This document shows, piece by piece, positions 55,450 to 57,039 of a DNA stretch of 57,039 nt; positions within the stretch are counted from its first letter, which is position 1, and each line of letters starts with the position of its first letter. The notes beneath the pieces were generated by a model. The model saw nothing but the letters and a program-made list of their open reading frames with translations. It was not told where the DNA came from and ran no database searches. The stretch is from Planctomycetota bacterium (lineage in GTDB: Bacteria > Planctomycetota > UBA11346), in contig JBBRLJ010000033.1 of assembly GCA_038231435.1 (NCBI GenBank), positions 1 through 57,039 on the forward strand, in the 5' to 3' direction. The position numbers were made by a program, and so were the translations under genes.

Positions 55450-55995
55450 ATGGACGCCCTCGCCGACAACTTGCGCCGTCTACGCAAGCAGGCCAAACTC
55501 ACCCAGGCCGAACTCGCCGAGTTGTGCGGGCTGCCACGCGCAACGCTCGCGAACATGGAGCAGCCTGGCAGCAATCCCGGCGTGCAAACGGCTGTCGCCG
55601 TGGCCAAAGCGCTGGCGGTGAGCCTCGACGAGCTGCTGTCGCCGGCGCCCGAGCACCGCCACTACAAGGTGACCCCGAAGGAGATGCAGGAGTACCGCGC
55701 CGAGGGCGGCCGCTTCGTCGCGCGCCTGGTATCGCCGATCGCGTCCAAGGGCGTGCACATGCACCAGGTCACCATGCAGCCCGGCTGCCGCTCGGTCGGC
55801 AGGCCGCATCCCCTCGGCGCGCAGGAGTTCTTCATCACCATGACCGGCACCGCTATCGTGCGCATCGAGGAGGAAGCGGTGGAGCTGCCAGCGGGATGCC
55901 TGGTGCAGTTCCCGGGCCATCGCCGCCACATCTACGAGAATCCCGGCGAAGGCGTCGCCACCGCGATCTCGGTGGTGGTATTCCGCATGGGCTGA
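55450..55995 (+). CDS. XRE-family HTH regulator with cupin domain
   Basis: 'NLRRLRKQAKLTQAELA...ANME...NPG'; cupin 'PH..GAQEF...H.YEN'. Confidence 0.92.
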   Translation: MDALADNLRRLRKQAKLTQAELAELCGLPRATLANMEQPGSNPGVQTAVAVAKALAVSLDELLSPAPEHRHYKVTPKEMQEYRAEGGRFVARLVSPIASKGVHMHQVTMQPGCRSVGRPHPLGAQEFFITMTGTAIVRIEEEAVELPAGCLVQFPGHRRHIYENPGEGVATAISVVVFRMG

Positions 55996-56063
55996 GATGA
56001 GCCATGAGCGGCCTTCCCCTGCTTGCCGCCGGCCATCTACTGCGGCCTCGGACGGGAGGGCGC

Positions 56064-56684
56064 ATGCTCAAGCGGGTGGAGCAAGGGATCGAGTCCATGG
56101 TGTTCTGGAGCCGCTGGCTCCAGGCCCCCCTCTACGTCGGGCTGATCATCGCGCAGGTCGCATACACCTGCAAATTCATGGTCGAGCTGTGGCACCTGAT
56201 CCAGCACACCAGCACCTGGGACGGCAAACTCTTCCTCGGCGGCGTCCTCGAACTGATCGACTTCGTGATGGTGGCCAACCTGATCATCATGGTGGTCATC
56301 GGCGGGTATGCCACGTTCGTCAGCAAGCTCGACCTGGTCGACAACGCTGACCGTCCCGACTGGCTCGATCACATCGATCCGGGCTCGATCAAGATCAAGC
56401 TCGCCGGATCGCTGATCGGCATCTCGAGCATCCAGCTCCTGCAGTCCTTCATCCAGATCGGATCGCTCAGCGTGGGCGACGTCGCGGTCGGGGATTCGAT
56501 CGTCACCGCCGCGCAGATGGACCAGAAGCACGAGCAGATGAAGTGGCAGATCGTCCTGCATCTGGTGTTCCTGGTGTCAGTGGTGATGTTGGCGATCACC
56601 GAGTTCATCATGCACCGACGCCATCGCCCCGGCGAGGAGCCGCGCGCGTCCGACGAGGACCTGGCCGGCGCCAAGACTGTCTGA
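56064..56684 (+). CDS. UPF0114 (YqhA) family membrane protein
   Basis: 'SRWLQAPLYVGL', 'ELID..MVANL', 'GGYATFVSKL', 'KIKLA.S.IGISSI.LL'; RBS GGGAGG. Confidence 0.9.
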   Translation: MLKRVEQGIESMVFWSRWLQAPLYVGLIIAQVAYTCKFMVELWHLIQHTSTWDGKLFLGGVLELIDFVMVANLIIMVVIGGYATFVSKLDLVDNADRPDWLDHIDPGSIKIKLAGSLIGISSIQLLQSFIQIGSLSVGDVAVGDSIVTAAQMDQKHEQMKWQIVLHLVFLVSVVMLAITEFIMHRRHRPGEEPRASDEDLAGAKTV

Positions 56685-56689
56685 AAGTC

Positions 56690-57039
56690 GGGGGCTTTGC
56701 CCCCAAACCCCCACGGGCTTTGTCGGGCTCGATGTCTCCGCTGCGCTGCGACATCGTCGGCGGATCGGCTGCGCCGATTATATCCGCCGACCGCCCCTCG
56801 GCGCCCGCCCCATCGCGAAGCGATGGGGCCCCCGGGCATGAACGTTATGTGAATGGTCACGCGTTTTGGACATGGGGCACTGCCCACTCTCAAGCCGTGG
56901 CGAAGCCACCGGCCGCTCCTCGAACCGGAGCGTAAGCGACCGGGCGCCGAGGGGCGGTGGGCGGATACAATGGGCGGAGCCCATCCGCACACGTTTTCGC
57001 CGGCTCCGGCGAAAACGAGCCACGACAAAGCCCGTGGGG
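56690..57039. repeat. Palindromic REP/MITE-like element, copy B (truncated by the window end)
   Basis: Perfect 17-bp inverted repeats at 56709-56725 and 57023-57039. The left arm is a diverged direct copy of 32-156; the right arm is a near-identical inverted copy of 32-130. Confidence 0.88.

Noticed and set aside
32..57039. Whole window as a 57-kb transposon or linear replicon bounded by ~100-bp terminal inverted repeats
   Set aside because: The content is housekeeping (polA, rho, trmD, folP), there is no transposase or integrase, and a third arm lies internally. A contig broken at a dispersed repeat is more parsimonious.

Overview
High-GC bacterial chromosomal segment, most like a Planctomycetota/PVC organism (inferred from the polA-coaE-rho order, DWG-type Ser/Thr kinases and pilin-like genes). 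Both ends carry copies of a palindromic REP/MITE-like repeat, probably assembly breakpoints. In order it contains: a folP-cdaA-cdaR-OMP operon (c-di-AMP synthesis); two tiny Lys-rich peptide genes; a moaADE-moaC-moeA cluster led by a Moco RNA motif; carbohydrate genes (GH95-like, acyltransferase-3, secreted GH, rhaM); a FecR repeat protein; trmD; polA; an in-frame CoaE-Rho fusion; two tandem membrane Ser/Thr kinases behind a eukaryote-type diacylglycerol kinase; and a 16-kb co-oriented cluster. That cluster has three Roadblock/MglB proteins, a membrane-anchored MglA GTPase, a DUF4388(PATAN-like)-TPR-TM-beta-propeller protein and four prepilin-like genes, including a ~1,850-aa GspK/PilX-like protein. 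It is the best candidate for an undescribed system. The end of the window holds a lipoprotein, a receiver protein, an O-antigen ligase family protein, TerC, Fe-SOD, an XRE-cupin regulator and a UPF0114 protein. All calls come from motif recognition by eye; no database searches were run and some start codons are best guesses.
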